NCBI GenBank assembly: GCA_038131485.1
Contig: JAYPPO010000002.1
Coordinates: forward strand, 845,207 to 909,206
DNA from: Alphaproteobacteria bacterium
GTDB taxonomy: Bacteria > Pseudomonadota > Alphaproteobacteria > MPNO01 > UBA830
Length of the DNA stretch: 64,000 nucleotides
Direction: 5' to 3'
Under the pieces are notes generated by a model. That model made no database searches, was not told the DNA's origin, and saw only the letters and a program-made list of their open reading frames with translations. Both the position numbers and the translations under genes were made by a program. Positions 29,402 through 39,888 of the stretch are shown piece after piece (position 1 is the first letter of the stretch; the number at the start of each line of letters is the position of its first letter).

Positions 29402-30187
29402 TCAATGCATGAACTGGCCGCCATCAACATTGAGTGTTTGGCCGGAAATAAAATCCGCGCCGTCGGACAGCAGGAACATTACCGCACCGCACAGATCTTC
29501 CGGGAACTGGTGGCGCTGGATGCAGCGGTCAGACGGAGGCGCATTGGTCTGGGCATAGGCACCGGACGACGAGACCTGTGTGTCTGATAATGTGAATCCC
29601 GGCGTGATTGCGTTTACACAGATGTTGTCGACGCCAACCTCCCGCGACAGCGACCGAGTGAGCCCGATGACGCCTGCTTTAGATGTCGAATAGTGCAGCC
29701 TGTTAGGCGAGCCGTTCCAGAACCGACCCGAGGAAATGTTGACGATTTTGCCACCCCCGCCCTGCTTCATGTGTGGGAAGACCGCCTTGCAGCAGGCGAA
29801 GATACCGCGCAGATTAACTGCCATAACAGCGTCCCACTCGTCATCAGGGATGAGCTTCCAGTCGCGGCGCTCGAGCACGCTCATCAGCGAGGCGTTGTTT
29901 ACAAGCCCGTCGATCCGCCCGAAGGCATCGACCGCCGTTGCCGCCATCGCGTCTGCAAGATCCTGCTTCGAGACGTCAGTTGTCGCCGTGACAGCCTCGC
30001 CGCCGAAACCACGGATTTCGGCGACCGTATCCTCATTGGCCTCGTGATCGATGTCGGCGACGACGACCCTCGCACCCGCTCTGGCAAATTCTCTACAATA
30101 GACCTTGCCGATGCCCTTGCCGCCACCGGTGACAATGACGACCTTGCCGTCGATCGATAGAGGGTTTTTGCGTTCGAAGTCCGCCAT
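29402..30187 (-). CDS. SDR-family oxidoreductase
   Basis: VVIVTGGGKGIGKVYCREFARAGARVVVAD. 261 aa. 27 nt upstream of hyuA. Confidence 0.85.
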   Translation of the reverse strand: MADFERKNPLSIDGKVVIVTGGGKGIGKVYCREFARAGARVVVADIDHEANEDTVAEIRGFGGEAVTATTDVSKQDLADAMAATAVDAFGRIDGLVNNASLMSVLERRDWKLIPDDEWDAVMAVNLRGIFACCKAVFPHMKQGGGGKIVNISSGRFWNGSPNRLHYSTSKAGVIGLTRSLSREVGVDNICVNAITPGFTLSDTQVSSSGAYAQTNAPPSDRCIQRHQFPEDLCGAVMFLLSDGADFISGQTLNVDGGQFMH

Positions 30188-30319
30188 GGTTTGGTGCCTC
30201 CTTAGCGCCCGGCATCAAGCCGTACGGAGGAGTGCCGGCCGGGCAGTTTTACCGATTTTGTTGGGGTTCTCCGGGACGACGCAAGGATACGCGCCCCGCT
30301 GCAAAGGGTGCAAGTGGCA

Positions 30320-30356
30320 TAAAAAAAGGGAGAGGCAGGCTCTGGCCTGCCCCTCC
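30320..30356 (-). terminator. rho-independent terminator downstream of the GST gene
   Basis: GGGAGAGGCAGGC-TCTG-GCCTGCCCCTCC hairpin, preceded on the plus strand by A7 (a T-run on the transcribed minus strand). Confidence 0.5.
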
Positions 30357-30376
30357 AACTTTGATTGTACTGAAAG

Positions 30377-31021
30377 TCAGGCTGCCGCTTTAAAACTCTC
30401 AATCGTCTCTTTTTCAAAGGTGAGCAACTTTTGAACGCTCTCGCGCTGCTGCATACGCTCGAAATGCGCCATAACGTTCGGATAGGTCGACATGTCGATC
30501 TTGAACTGCGTCGCGCGGCGCGTACACCAGAAGAAGTGCGCATCTGGCGAGCGGAAGTCACCCATCAGCCAGTCCTTGCCGGCAAGGAGGTCGTTGGCGA
30601 TGGCGAAGTTCTCATGCAGCGCTTCCTCAGCATGGGCAACTACGCTGTCGGCGGTCCCGTCAATTTCACAGACCTTCGCTGGGTTGTTGATCCGGCTTAG
30701 GTAGGGATGGATGCCGCCAGAACACCAAGAATGCAGCGAAATCGCTTCCGACAGTCCCCACGCGTCTGTTGGCATTAAATTGGCATTAGGGAATGTGTTG
30801 TGGATCCACAAATGCATGGCTGCGTTCTCGGTCATCTTTATACCGTCGACGATTAGAAGCGGAACCTTGTGCTTCGGGTTCAGCTTCAAGAACTCCGCTG
30901 ACATATGTTCTGCCTTCCGAAAGTTGAGCGAGATAGTTTCGAACTCTGCGCCAGCCTCGGTGAGCGAGATGTAGGGTGCCATCGCGCAGGTAATTGGTGC
31001 GTAATAGAGCTGAATCTTCAT
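30377..31021 (-). CDS. glutathione S-transferase
   Basis: MKIQLYYAPITCAMAPYISL… thioredoxin-like N-domain plus alpha-helical C-domain. Track ORF 30377..31057 opens at an upstream TTG. Lower GC than the surroundings. Confidence 0.75.
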   Translation of the reverse strand: MKIQLYYAPITCAMAPYISLTEAGAEFETISLNFRKAEHMSAEFLKLNPKHKVPLLIVDGIKMTENAAMHLWIHNTFPNANLMPTDAWGLSEAISLHSWCSGGIHPYLSRINNPAKVCEIDGTADSVVAHAEEALHENFAIANDLLAGKDWLMGDFRSPDAHFFWCTRRATQFKIDMSTYPNVMAHFERMQQRESVQKLLTFEKETIESFKAAA

Positions 31022-31421
31022 CTTGTCCTTCCTTCGGGGGGCTCGTCGCGGCCCCAAGATTACTTTAATTAGCGTCGATTATAGCTCCGGCGGGTTGTCG
31101 CGCCTAGAACGCGCCCACGGTATCCAGCAGGAGCAAAAGGATTATCTCCATTGCGACGTAGCGGATGAGGGCCAGCCACAAACGGCCGGCTGTGGTGTTT
31201 CCCACGAGGCGCGCCGCATCCAGCGCCGCCGCGCGCCGCCTGGTGTTAGTCAGCGCAGAGGCAGACTAGTATCCCGCCAGAGAACAGCAAATAATTAGAG
31301 AAGGCACGGTCGATCGCATCGAAGACGCGAAGTCCGCCAATCTTTACGTTCGCCAACGTGCCCGAGACGCAACTTTTTCTCTCCTAAAATCGAGCAGTTA
31401 CTCGCTGTCGCCCTTTTTCGT

Positions 31422-33056
31422 TCAGGATTTTGGGCTGACGTAGCCCTCGGCCTCGTCGCGCGCGACAGCGGCGGCATCGCGCCTCGCCGGATCTCCGTAG
31501 CCTCCGCCGCCCGCGGTCTGGATGCTGAAGACGGTTCCCGCCTCGAAGATCTCCCGAAAGGACGACGGAAACTGTCGCTGGTTCGGCGTCTCCGGAGCTT
31601 GCAAAAACCGGCTTTTTGCGCCCGGTTCCCCACCGGCGAGGCCCAACGGCTCCATCTCGGCGCGGTCGGCGCGGTAAGTGATTGCGGCTGGCGCAAGCAG
31701 TTCGTAGTCGCGCCGGTAGGCGAGGCCGCCGCGGAACTCGCCGCGCCCGCCCGTATCTGGAATCGCCTCGTAGCGGGCCACGCGGCAAGGGAACTCCGAT
31801 TCTAATATCTCGATCGGTGTCGCGAAGATGTTTGCGAGGTGGACCGTGACTCCTGTGGTGCCGTCGTGACCAACGCCCGCGCCGTATGCCGAGCCGAAGA
31901 TTTCATACTGGTTGTTGCGCTTCACCCCGTCTTGCCACGCGACCATGATAGAGGCGCTGCCGCCGACATTGGCGATGGCGCGGCCTGGCATGAACGGATC
32001 CAGCGCCTGCAGCATCACGTCGACAACCTTCTGGCAGGTTTTCATATAAGACGAGCAAGGCGCTGGGGACCGGGGGCTGACGACCGAGCGTTCTGGCAGA
32101 GTGAAGCGCACCAGATCGCGCGCTGCGTCGGAGTAGGGGATGTCCTTGTCAAGGAAGCCGATCAGGCAATAGAACGCGCAAGCCTCGACCATAGCGATCC
32201 GGAGGTTCGCGGGGCCGCGCGTTTGCGGCGCGGAGCCTGTGAAGTCGAAATGGACGCGGCCGTCTTTCACCTCGACGCGTACGCGGATTTTTATCGGCAC
32301 CTGCCGGCTCACACCGTCGTCGTCCATGAAACCCTCGGAGACGTTCTCGCCATCGGGCAGGCGCGTCATAGCTGTGGCGAAGTTGCGCGCCGAGGCATCA
32401 ATGATGGCGTCGAAAGCTTGCACGAACGTTTCGCGGCCGATGCCGCTGCACAGCGCGGCCAGACGGTCTCGGCCGATACCGGTTACGCCAATTTGGGCGT
32501 GCATGTCGCCGAGCACGAGCTCGGGAGCACGCGAATTGCCGGCGATAAGCCGCTCGAGGTCGAGGTTGCGTGTCCCCTTGCGCACGATCTTCACCGGCGG
32601 CAATAGCATGCCTTCCTGGAAGAGGTCCGTCGCCTGGCCCCATGTGCTGCCCGCCACCGCGCCGCCGACGTCCGCCTTGTGGGCGATCGACGCCGTGAAG
32701 GCTGCAAGCTCACCGTCTACGAACACGGGCCGGACCAGCGCCATGTCGGGGACGTGCGGCAGGCTGCCCTCGTAGGGGTGGTTGCATACCAGCACGTCGC
32801 CGTCATCCAGCCCGTTCTCGCCGTATATCTGAAGGACGCGCTGGATCAGGTGAAAATAGACCGGCGCGTGGAAATACATGAACGGCGCCACCGCGAGGCG
32901 TCCGGTGCGGTCGGTGACGACGCAGGAAAAATCGCGGGACTCGCGCACGATCGTCGAATAACCCGACCGGTAGAACCGGTAATCCATTTCCTCCATCAAG
33001 CTGGCGATACGATTGCGGACGATCTGGATGGTGACGGGGGAGACGGGCTCAGACAT
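31422..33056 (-). CDS. hydantoinase B/oxoprolinase (HyuB) family, orphan (no adjacent HyuA)
   Basis: 544 aa. …[20 protein letters not shown]… HyuB N-terminus. Confidence 0.8.
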   Translation of the reverse strand: MSEPVSPVTIQIVRNRIASLMEEMDYRFYRSGYSTIVRESRDFSCVVTDRTGRLAVAPFMYFHAPVYFHLIQRVLQIYGENGLDDGDVLVCNHPYEGSLPHVPDMALVRPVFVDGELAAFTASIAHKADVGGAVAGSTWGQATDLFQEGMLLPPVKIVRKGTRNLDLERLIAGNSRAPELVLGDMHAQIGVTGIGRDRLAALCSGIGRETFVQAFDAIIDASARNFATAMTRLPDGENVSEGFMDDDGVSRQVPIKIRVRVEVKDGRVHFDFTGSAPQTRGPANLRIAMVEACAFYCLIGFLDKDIPYSDAARDLVRFTLPERSVVSPRSPAPCSSYMKTCQKVVDVMLQALDPFMPGRAIANVGGSASIMVAWQDGVKRNNQYEIFGSAYGAGVGHDGTTGVTVHLANIFATPIEILESEFPCRVARYEAIPDTGGRGEFRGGLAYRRDYELLAPAAITYRADRAEMEPLGLAGGEPGAKSRFLQAPETPNQRQFPSSFREIFEAGTVFSIQTAGGGGYGDPARRDAAAVARDEAEGYVSPKS

Positions 33057-33259
33057 TGAGGCAGTTTAGCGTCGCGGGCGGGAGGCGGAAAGCCGGTCGG
33101 GTCTTGGACCGGGCCCTACGAAATACCGTTATCGTTACCAATCAAGCACCCTCCGAAGGGTTGTACGGAACACTGGAAATCAACGCGCCGGGGCGTTATG
33201 TACAAAAGCCGCGAGAACCCGGCCGCAGCCCTCTGACGGCCTCAGGAGACCCGAAAGAC

Positions 33260-34942
33260 ATGGCGTCTTATCAGTATGTTTACACAATGCGCGACCTCAC
33301 TAAGACTTTTCCCGGCGGGCGGGAGGTCCTGAAGCATGTCACGCTGGCGTTCCTACCGGGCGCGAAAATCGGCGTGCTCGGCGTCAACGGTGCAGGCAAG
33401 TCGACGCTGATGAAGATCATGGCAGGCGAGGATAAGGAATTTAATGGCGAGGCGTGGCCAGCCGAGCAGGCCGAAGTCGGAATCCTGCATCAGGAGCCGG
33501 CGCTTGACGAGACCAAGGACGTTTACGGCAATGTGCTCGAAGGCATGGCTGAGACGCACGCGCTGCTGGAGCGTTTCGAGCAAATCAGTAACAAGTTCGC
33601 CGAGCTGATGGACGACGAGGAGATGAACGCGTTGATCGCTGAGCAGGGCGATCTTCAAGAGAAGATCGACGCCGCCGATGGCTGGGACCTCGAACGAAAG
33701 CTCGAAATCGCGATGGACGCGCTGCGCTGCCCGCCCAAGGACGCGGACGTGAGGAAGTTGTCGGGCGGCGAGCGGCGACGAGTGGCTTTGTGCCGCCTGC
33801 TGCTGCGCCAGCCCGACTTGCTACTGCTCGACGAGCCAACTAACCACCTCGACGCCGAATCCGTCGCCTGGCTGGAGCGACATCTGGAGACTTATTCGGG
33901 CACTGTGGTAGCAGTGACCCACGACCGGTATTTCCTGGACAACGTGGCGGGCTGGATCCTCGAGCTCGATCGCGGACGTGGCATCCCTTTTGAGGGAAAC
34001 TACTCGGCCTGGCTTGAGCAGAAGCAGAAGCGGCTCGAGCAGGAGGAGCGGAGTGAGAAGGCGCGCCAGCGCACGCTAAGCCGCGAGCGCGAATGGATCG
34101 CCGCCTCGCCGCGGGCGCGCCAGGCAAAGAACCGGGCGCGCATCACCGCCTACGAGACACTGCTAGCGGAGGCGTCCGAGCGCTCCCCGGATTCGGCGCA
34201 GATCATAATCCCGCCGGGCCCCCGGCTTGGTGACCTGGTGATCGAGGCTCAGGATGTCGGTAAGGGCTTTGGCGATAAGTTGCTGATTGAGAATCTCGAC
34301 TTCAAAATTCCACCCGGCGCGATTGTCGGCATTATCGGCGCAAACGGAGCCGGCAAGACGACGCTGTTTCGCATGATCACCGGCCAGGAAGCACCGGATT
34401 CGGGGACGCTCCGCATCGGCGATACGGTCGTGCTCGGCTATGTCGACCAGAGCCGCGACTCCTTGGACCCCGGCAAGACCGTCTGGGAGGAAATCTCCGA
34501 GGGCGCGGACGTGATCCAACTCGGCAAGGGTACGACGCAAAGCCGTGCCTATGTTGGGGCTTTCAACTTCAAGGGTCCTGACCAGCAGAAGAAGGTAGGC
34601 CAACTTTCGGGTGGGGAGCGCAACCGAGTGCATCTCGCCAAGATGCTAAAATCGAAGGCCAACGTGCTGCTGCTTGACGAGCCGACCAACGATCTCGACG
34701 TCGATACGCTGCGCGCGCTCGAAGACGCGCTGCTCGAATTCGCCGGCTGCGTTCTGGTCATCAGTCATGACCGGTGGTTCCTAGACAGGATTTCAACCCA
34801 CATCCTCGCCTTCGAGGGCAACAGCCAGGTCACGTGGTTTGAGGGCAACTACGCGGATTACGAGGAAGACCGGCGCCGTCGCCTCGGCGACGAGGCCGAT
34901 AATCCGAGGCGCCTTAAATACAAGCCGCTTGTCCGCGCTTAG
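33260..34942 (+). CDS. ettA: ABC-F ATPase, energy-dependent translational throttle EttA
   Basis: [50 protein letters not shown] matches the EttA N-terminus. Two ABC cassettes with an arm insert. Start assigned to MASYQ (track ORF opens at 33056). Confidence 0.9.
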   Translation: MASYQYVYTMRDLTKTFPGGREVLKHVTLAFLPGAKIGVLGVNGAGKSTLMKIMAGEDKEFNGEAWPAEQAEVGILHQEPALDETKDVYGNVLEGMAETHALLERFEQISNKFAELMDDEEMNALIAEQGDLQEKIDAADGWDLERKLEIAMDALRCPPKDADVRKLSGGERRRVALCRLLLRQPDLLLLDEPTNHLDAESVAWLERHLETYSGTVVAVTHDRYFLDNVAGWILELDRGRGIPFEGNYSAWLEQKQKRLEQEERSEKARQRTLSREREWIAASPRARQAKNRARITAYETLLAEASERSPDSAQIIIPPGPRLGDLVIEAQDVGKGFGDKLLIENLDFKIPPGAIVGIIGANGAGKTTLFRMITGQEAPDSGTLRIGDTVVLGYVDQSRDSLDPGKTVWEEISEGADVIQLGKGTTQSRAYVGAFNFKGPDQQKKVGQLSGGERNRVHLAKMLKSKANVLLLDEPTNDLDVDTLRALEDALLEFAGCVLVISHDRWFLDRISTHILAFEGNSQVTWFEGNYADYEEDRRRRLGDEADNPRRLKYKPLVRA

Positions 34943-35057
34943 GCCGGACAAAACGAGCAAATTAGCGCGAATAGCGGGGACGAATAGGCTTCAAGGCCAC
35001 AGGGTCATCTCGCGCGGAAGAAGGCTGCGTGTTCTCGAGTGACGGGGCGTTAGTGGG

Positions 35058-35669
35058 CTATTCGCTGGTCTTACGGCGGAGCGCCTTGATAAGGCCGGAT
35101 AGCCGTCCGCCGTTCTGACGGATCACCGCTGCGAATTCGTCGCGCTGGGTGACGCTCATGCTGACGCCTTCGACGGTGACGTCGATGATTTTGGGGCTGC
35201 CGTTCCGGTTTCGAACCCTCCAGTTGACGGGTATTGGCTGCTTCCCGGTGATCTCGATCTGGCTAAATACCAGTGTGTCTTTGTCGCTAAGCGGTTCCGA
35301 TCGGATGATCTTAAGTTTCTTGTTGCCCAAATTCTTGAAGCGGTTGGCGTAGGCCTGGATAACAAATTTCTCAAACAGCGACTGGAATTCGTTCTTCTGA
35401 TCGTCCGTCGCGCGGCGTCCGTGAACGCCGAGGACGAACCTGCCGATATACTTCAGGTCGAAGGCGTTGGTCAGCAGGAATCGAAAGCGCTTGACCCACT
35501 CGTCGTCGGTTATGCCGTCCTGGGCGAGCGACGAAAAAGCCTTGGCGCTGACGATTTCAATGAAGTTTGCCGACGGATCCTCCGCCGAGGTTGCGGACGA
35601 CGGGACCGCTGCGAAGACTAGGATCAGTGACGCGAAACAAATTAATGTCGATCGGAGCGAAGTTCGCAT
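35058..35669 (-). CDS. mlaC: MlaC/Ttg2D-family phospholipid-binding periplasmic protein
   Basis: 203 aa with signal peptide. Toluene-tolerance Ttg2D-like sequence. Adjacent to mlaA. Confidence 0.7.
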   Translation of the reverse strand: MRTSLRSTLICFASLILVFAAVPSSATSAEDPSANFIEIVSAKAFSSLAQDGITDDEWVKRFRFLLTNAFDLKYIGRFVLGVHGRRATDDQKNEFQSLFEKFVIQAYANRFKNLGNKKLKIIRSEPLSDKDTLVFSQIEITGKQPIPVNWRVRNRNGSPKIIDVTVEGVSMSVTQRDEFAAVIRQNGGRLSGLIKALRRKTSE

Positions 35670-36545
35670 TCAATTATCCGAAGTATGATTTAGGCTCTGC
35701 TGTTCGTTGCCTGCGCCGTCGGGGGCGACAGAGATGCGACCTGGAGCTGGGTTCACGGCTGTGGGCAAGCCGTTCCTGATCTCGTCCATCCGACGTTGCC
35801 GATAAAGGCTTTTCACGGAGGAGTAGAAGTCGAGCGAGTTCTTCTGAAGGTCATCGATCGTATCGTAGCGCCGAGCGCGACGGTCGACAGCGGTCGTGAC
35901 GGCGCGTCCGATGGCGAAATCGGTCGGGGCGATCATCCCCCACGGGTCGATCAGCGTGTCGACGGCAATTCCAGCCATATCGCGCGGGTTTGACGGGCCG
36001 AAGATCGGCAATACGAGGTAAGGCCCCGATTCGGCACCCCAGACCGCAAGCGTCTGGCCGAAATCCTCGTCGTGCGCAGGAATTCCGGCCTCGGTGGCGA
36101 AATCAATAATGCCCAGTAGCCCGATCGTCGTGTTCATTCCGAAACGCATTAACGTGTTGCCCGCACGGTCCATATCGCCCTGCATCAGGTCGTTGGCCAA
36201 GACAACCGGCCCGCGCAGGTTATTCAGGAAATTGTGGATGTTGTGCCGCAGCGGTTCCGGGACCCCTTCCTTATAAAGGTAGGAAACCGGACGAAGGATC
36301 ATGTCGTCCAGAAATAAATTGAAATCGAACATCGCCCGGTTAAAGGGCTCGTAGGGATCGTTGTCCTCTTGGAATGCCGCGACGGCTTCCTTGTCGTATG
36401 CCGGTGGGGGCGTTGCGCATCCCGCAACGAGGACTGTTGCCAAGGCAACAAAAACAATCGACCGGATGCGCCGACGCGAAACTGATTCAAACAAAGACAC
36501 GATGTCCGCCCCGAATTCCCTACTCTCAATAGTCCTGTACTTCAT
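35670..36545 (-). CDS. mlaA: MlaA/VacJ-family outer-membrane lipoprotein
   Basis: Lipobox LVAGC. VacJ-like body (…LNNLRGPVVLANDLMQGDMDRAGNT…). Confidence 0.75.
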   Translation of the reverse strand: MKYRTIESREFGADIVSLFESVSRRRIRSIVFVALATVLVAGCATPPPAYDKEAVAAFQEDNDPYEPFNRAMFDFNLFLDDMILRPVSYLYKEGVPEPLRHNIHNFLNNLRGPVVLANDLMQGDMDRAGNTLMRFGMNTTIGLLGIIDFATEAGIPAHDEDFGQTLAVWGAESGPYLVLPIFGPSNPRDMAGIAVDTLIDPWGMIAPTDFAIGRAVTTAVDRRARRYDTIDDLQKNSLDFYSSVKSLYRQRRMDEIRNGLPTAVNPAPGRISVAPDGAGNEQQSLNHTSDN

Positions 36546-36928
36546 CTCACGTTCATCATGGCCGCGATAGATTCTATTCCTAAATCCAGGCTCGGTAAAT
36601 TTCCAAGAAGCCGGTCAATTTTTTGCACAAGACACTCGCCCAAGCGCATCAACTAAAAATACGCTTAACCCTACTGCTCAATTCACCGCTATCACTATAC
36701 GGCATCCGTTCGTGACAGTTGCTGTCTACCAATATTGTTCGGTTTTGCGATAGCCTGCATGTCGCTCTTGCCGTGCAACCGTCCTAAATGCGTGGCAAAT
36801 TTGTCACAATGGCGGGTTAGGCCTCTGGCGATGGAAATGCAATATCGATAATCCGATAGGGCGGTACTGATGATCGCCGCAGTTCCCCGGCCTACACGCG
36901 CCGCCGTGCCAGTTGGTGGCCCCATACT

Positions 36929-37312
36929 ATGCAAGGCTACGTTGAAGCCGCCGAACAGCCCCCAGATCGGGCGAAAACGATACATTCTTGCACATTCTTC
37001 GAATTACTTCCTCCGAGAACTGAGAAGGTGAAGCAATTGCTCTGGCCCGCGATCAGGCGACTAGAGACTTTGCGACCGCGTTTCGTTTCAGTCAACCGCG
37101 GCGCCTGTGTCCCTCATCCAGGCGGCTATGAATACGCGGTCAATCTTGTCGAGTACTTGCGCAATGCTGGAGATTGCGAGATCAGCATTCGTAATGCTTC
37201 CGACTGCGGCGGTTTTCGGCTATTAAATAAGCCACCTGAAGGTGCAATATTTCGGAACAAGCGAGATAAGCCGCGACCAGTTGGAGAATCACGCCACCCG
37301 CAAGGTCATTGA
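36929..37312 (+). pseudogene. metF-like (methylenetetrahydrofolate reductase) N-terminal remnant
   Basis: …CTFFELLPPRTEKVKQLLWPAIRRLETLRPRFVSVNRGA… parallels MetF FSFEFFPPKT…LW…RL…L.P.FVSVTYGA. The ORF is only 127 aa and lies in an AT-richer, gene-poor 860-bp stretch. Confidence 0.35.
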
Positions 37313-37407
37313 CGCGGCGACCGCCGATTGGTGGCTCGTGCCCATCCTCGGACACGATAGCTGATCCGAGACGCGCCTCTGCCAGATCTTCCACGACTGG
37401 ACGGCAT

Positions 37408-37893
37408 ATGAATTCACACGAGGAACTACCTCACATCTGGGAAGAGTCGGTGCGCGATGAGTGGTGCGACTACAACGACCATCTAAACGTCGCCTATTAC
37501 ATACTGATCTTCGATCACGCGACGGACGCATTCTACGATTCCGTCAGACTTGATGAAGCCTATCGCGCTGCCAGCGGCTGCTCGACCTTCGCGGTCGAGA
37601 TGCACACCAACTACATCGCCGAGGTGCGCAACGGCGCGCCGGTCTACTGTACGACCCAGCTTCTCGATTACGACGAAAAGCGGATGCACTACTTCCACCG
37701 GATGTTCCATGCCGAAGAGGGCTATCTCGCAGCGACGACGGAGGTCATGGCCGTCCATGTCGACATGAGCGTCCGCCGCGTCGCCGCGATGCCGCAGGCG
37801 CTGATCGAGACGCTCGGCGGGCTTCGCGCTGCGCATGCCGATATACCGGCGCCCGCGCAGCAGGGCAGCGTGATCGCCATTCGCCGGAAATGA
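37408..37893 (+). CDS. hotdog-fold acyl-CoA thioesterase (4HBT/YbgC-like)
   Basis: about 160 aa from MNSHEEL. …DYNDHLNVAYYILIFDHATDAFY… typical 4HBT core. Confidence 0.65.
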   Translation: MNSHEELPHIWEESVRDEWCDYNDHLNVAYYILIFDHATDAFYDSVRLDEAYRAASGCSTFAVEMHTNYIAEVRNGAPVYCTTQLLDYDEKRMHYFHRMFHAEEGYLAATTEVMAVHVDMSVRRVAAMPQALIETLGGLRAAHADIPAPAQQGSVIAIRRK

Positions 37894-38034
37894 AAGATCG
37901 GTAGCCGGGCTGATGCCGGACAGTTTCGCCTTTGCGCCAGGTTTCAAGCGCGATAAGGTCCCCCCGATGGCGCTCAACACTTTGAATCCCTTTCTCAATT
38001 CAGGATTCCCTCCGGGTCCCGAACCGGTCACGTC

Positions 38035-39810
38035 GTGTGCGCTCGGATGACAGGTAGCAAATATATTGAGCCGTTCTATCGGTTCTTCCACAACCGACAG
38101 CTCATACTGCTTCTGCTCGCCATCGTCACGGGTTCGGCCGCCGCCCTAGGCGCCGTCGTGTTCCGCGAGGTAATCGTGCTGATGCAGACACTCACGTTCG
38201 GCTCGTCGCTAGAAAATGTGTCGGGTGTGATCGGCGATTTGTCGGCTTGGCATTTCCTCGTCGTGCCCACCTTAGGCGGCCTGCTTATTGGCCTGTTCGT
38301 GCAGTACGCGATGCCAGGCGGACGCAATCGCGGCGTCGCCGACGTGATGGAGGCGGCGGCGCTGCGGTCGGGCGAGATCTCGCTGAAGCAAGGGGCTGCC
38401 TCGGCATTGGTAAGCGCGGCGTCGATCGGCGTCGGCGCGTCGGTCGGCCGCGAAGGCCCGGTCGTCCATCTAGGCGCGACACTATCGTCCCTGGTCGCGA
38501 CCCGTCTCCGGCTCAGCCGGTCACAGGCCGTTACGCTGCTCGGCTGCGGCGTCGCGTCGGGCGTCGCCGCCTCGTTCAACGCGCCCATCGCCGGGGTCTT
38601 CTTCGCCCTCGAGGTCGTGATCGGCCACTACGCGCTCAGCGCCTTCGCGCCCATCGTGATCGCGGGCGTTGTCGGCACGATCATTTCGCGGCTCTATTTC
38701 GGAAATTTTCCCGCCTTCATCATCACCGAGCATTCCATTGTCTCGTTCTGGGAATTTCCTGCGTTCGCGCTGCTCGGCGTCGTCTGCGCGCTGGCGGCGG
38801 TCATCTTTCTGCGGTCGATTGAGTTCACGACCAATGCCTTCGGAAAACTTCCCGTGCCGCCATGGATTCGGACCGGGATCGGCGGGTTGTGCGTCGGTGT
38901 CATCGCGCTTGCCTTTCCGCAAGTGCTCGGCGTCGGTTACGAGGCAACGGACGTCGCGCTAAAGGGCCAGTACGAGCTAGCCATCCTGATCGCGCTCATG
39001 GCGGCCAAGATGGCGGCGACGGCGATCTCCATCGGCGCGGGATTCGGTGGTGGCGTCTTCAGCCCGTCGATGTTTATCGGCGCGATGGTAGGCGGCGCCT
39101 TCGGTATAATCGCGACGCAGGTGTTCCCCGATCTTTCGTCGGGTCATTCCGCTTACACGATGGTCGGGCTCGGCGCGGTATCCGGCGCGGTTCTCGGCGC
39201 GCCGATCTCGACGATCCTGATTGTCTTCGAGCTGACGGCGGACTACGCGCTAACGATCGCGGTGATGGTTGCGGTGGTGATCGCGTCGGTCATCACGCAG
39301 CAGGTCCGGGGTCATTCGTTCTTCACCTGGCAACTCGACCGGCGCGGCATCAATGTCCGCGGCGGCCGAGAATCTGGACTGATGTCTTCTACGCGCGTCG
39401 AGGATGTGATGAGCCGCAGTTTCACCTCCGTGCCGCGCGACCTAAACATAAAAGGGGTGCGCGAGAAGCTTTTGTCGGCACCCTATAGCGAGCTGCTCGT
39501 AATCGACCAGAACGGCGCGCTGTGCGGGACGATCACGCTCGCGGATTTGTCCCACGGCGCGTTCGATCACGCGCTCGACGGCATCGTGAACGCGGGCGAC
39601 ATCGCGCGGGTGCATCCGCCGTCACTGCAGGCCAACGACGATTTGAATGTCGCGCTTGCACGGATGCAGGCTACGGGCGAGGAGCATCTCGCCGTCGTCG
39701 AGAACAACGAGACCCGAAAGCTGGTTGGTTTCGTTCACGAGATCGACGTGATGCTGGTCTATAACCGGGCGCTCCTTGAGGCCCGGCGCGAGGAGCGCGG
39801 CGAACTCTAA
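38035..39810 (+). CDS. ClC-family voltage-gated chloride channel/transporter with C-terminal CBS pair
   Basis: GSGIP-like and GREGP (GREGPVVHLGA) selectivity motifs. Multiple TM helices. C-terminal CBS domains. Confidence 0.85.
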   Translation: MCARMTGSKYIEPFYRFFHNRQLILLLLAIVTGSAAALGAVVFREVIVLMQTLTFGSSLENVSGVIGDLSAWHFLVVPTLGGLLIGLFVQYAMPGGRNRGVADVMEAAALRSGEISLKQGAASALVSAASIGVGASVGREGPVVHLGATLSSLVATRLRLSRSQAVTLLGCGVASGVAASFNAPIAGVFFALEVVIGHYALSAFAPIVIAGVVGTIISRLYFGNFPAFIITEHSIVSFWEFPAFALLGVVCALAAVIFLRSIEFTTNAFGKLPVPPWIRTGIGGLCVGVIALAFPQVLGVGYEATDVALKGQYELAILIALMAAKMAATAISIGAGFGGGVFSPSMFIGAMVGGAFGIIATQVFPDLSSGHSAYTMVGLGAVSGAVLGAPISTILIVFELTADYALTIAVMVAVVIASVITQQVRGHSFFTWQLDRRGINVRGGRESGLMSSTRVEDVMSRSFTSVPRDLNIKGVREKLLSAPYSELLVIDQNGALCGTITLADLSHGAFDHALDGIVNAGDIARVHPPSLQANDDLNVALARMQATGEEHLAVVENNETRKLVGFVHEIDVMLVYNRALLEARREERGEL

Positions 39811-39888
39811 GCCCGGCGCCGAATTGACCGCCTCCGGGGCGCCCCATAAGATTTCGCCGGGTTTGGGGATGAAGAGGCGGTAACGCTC

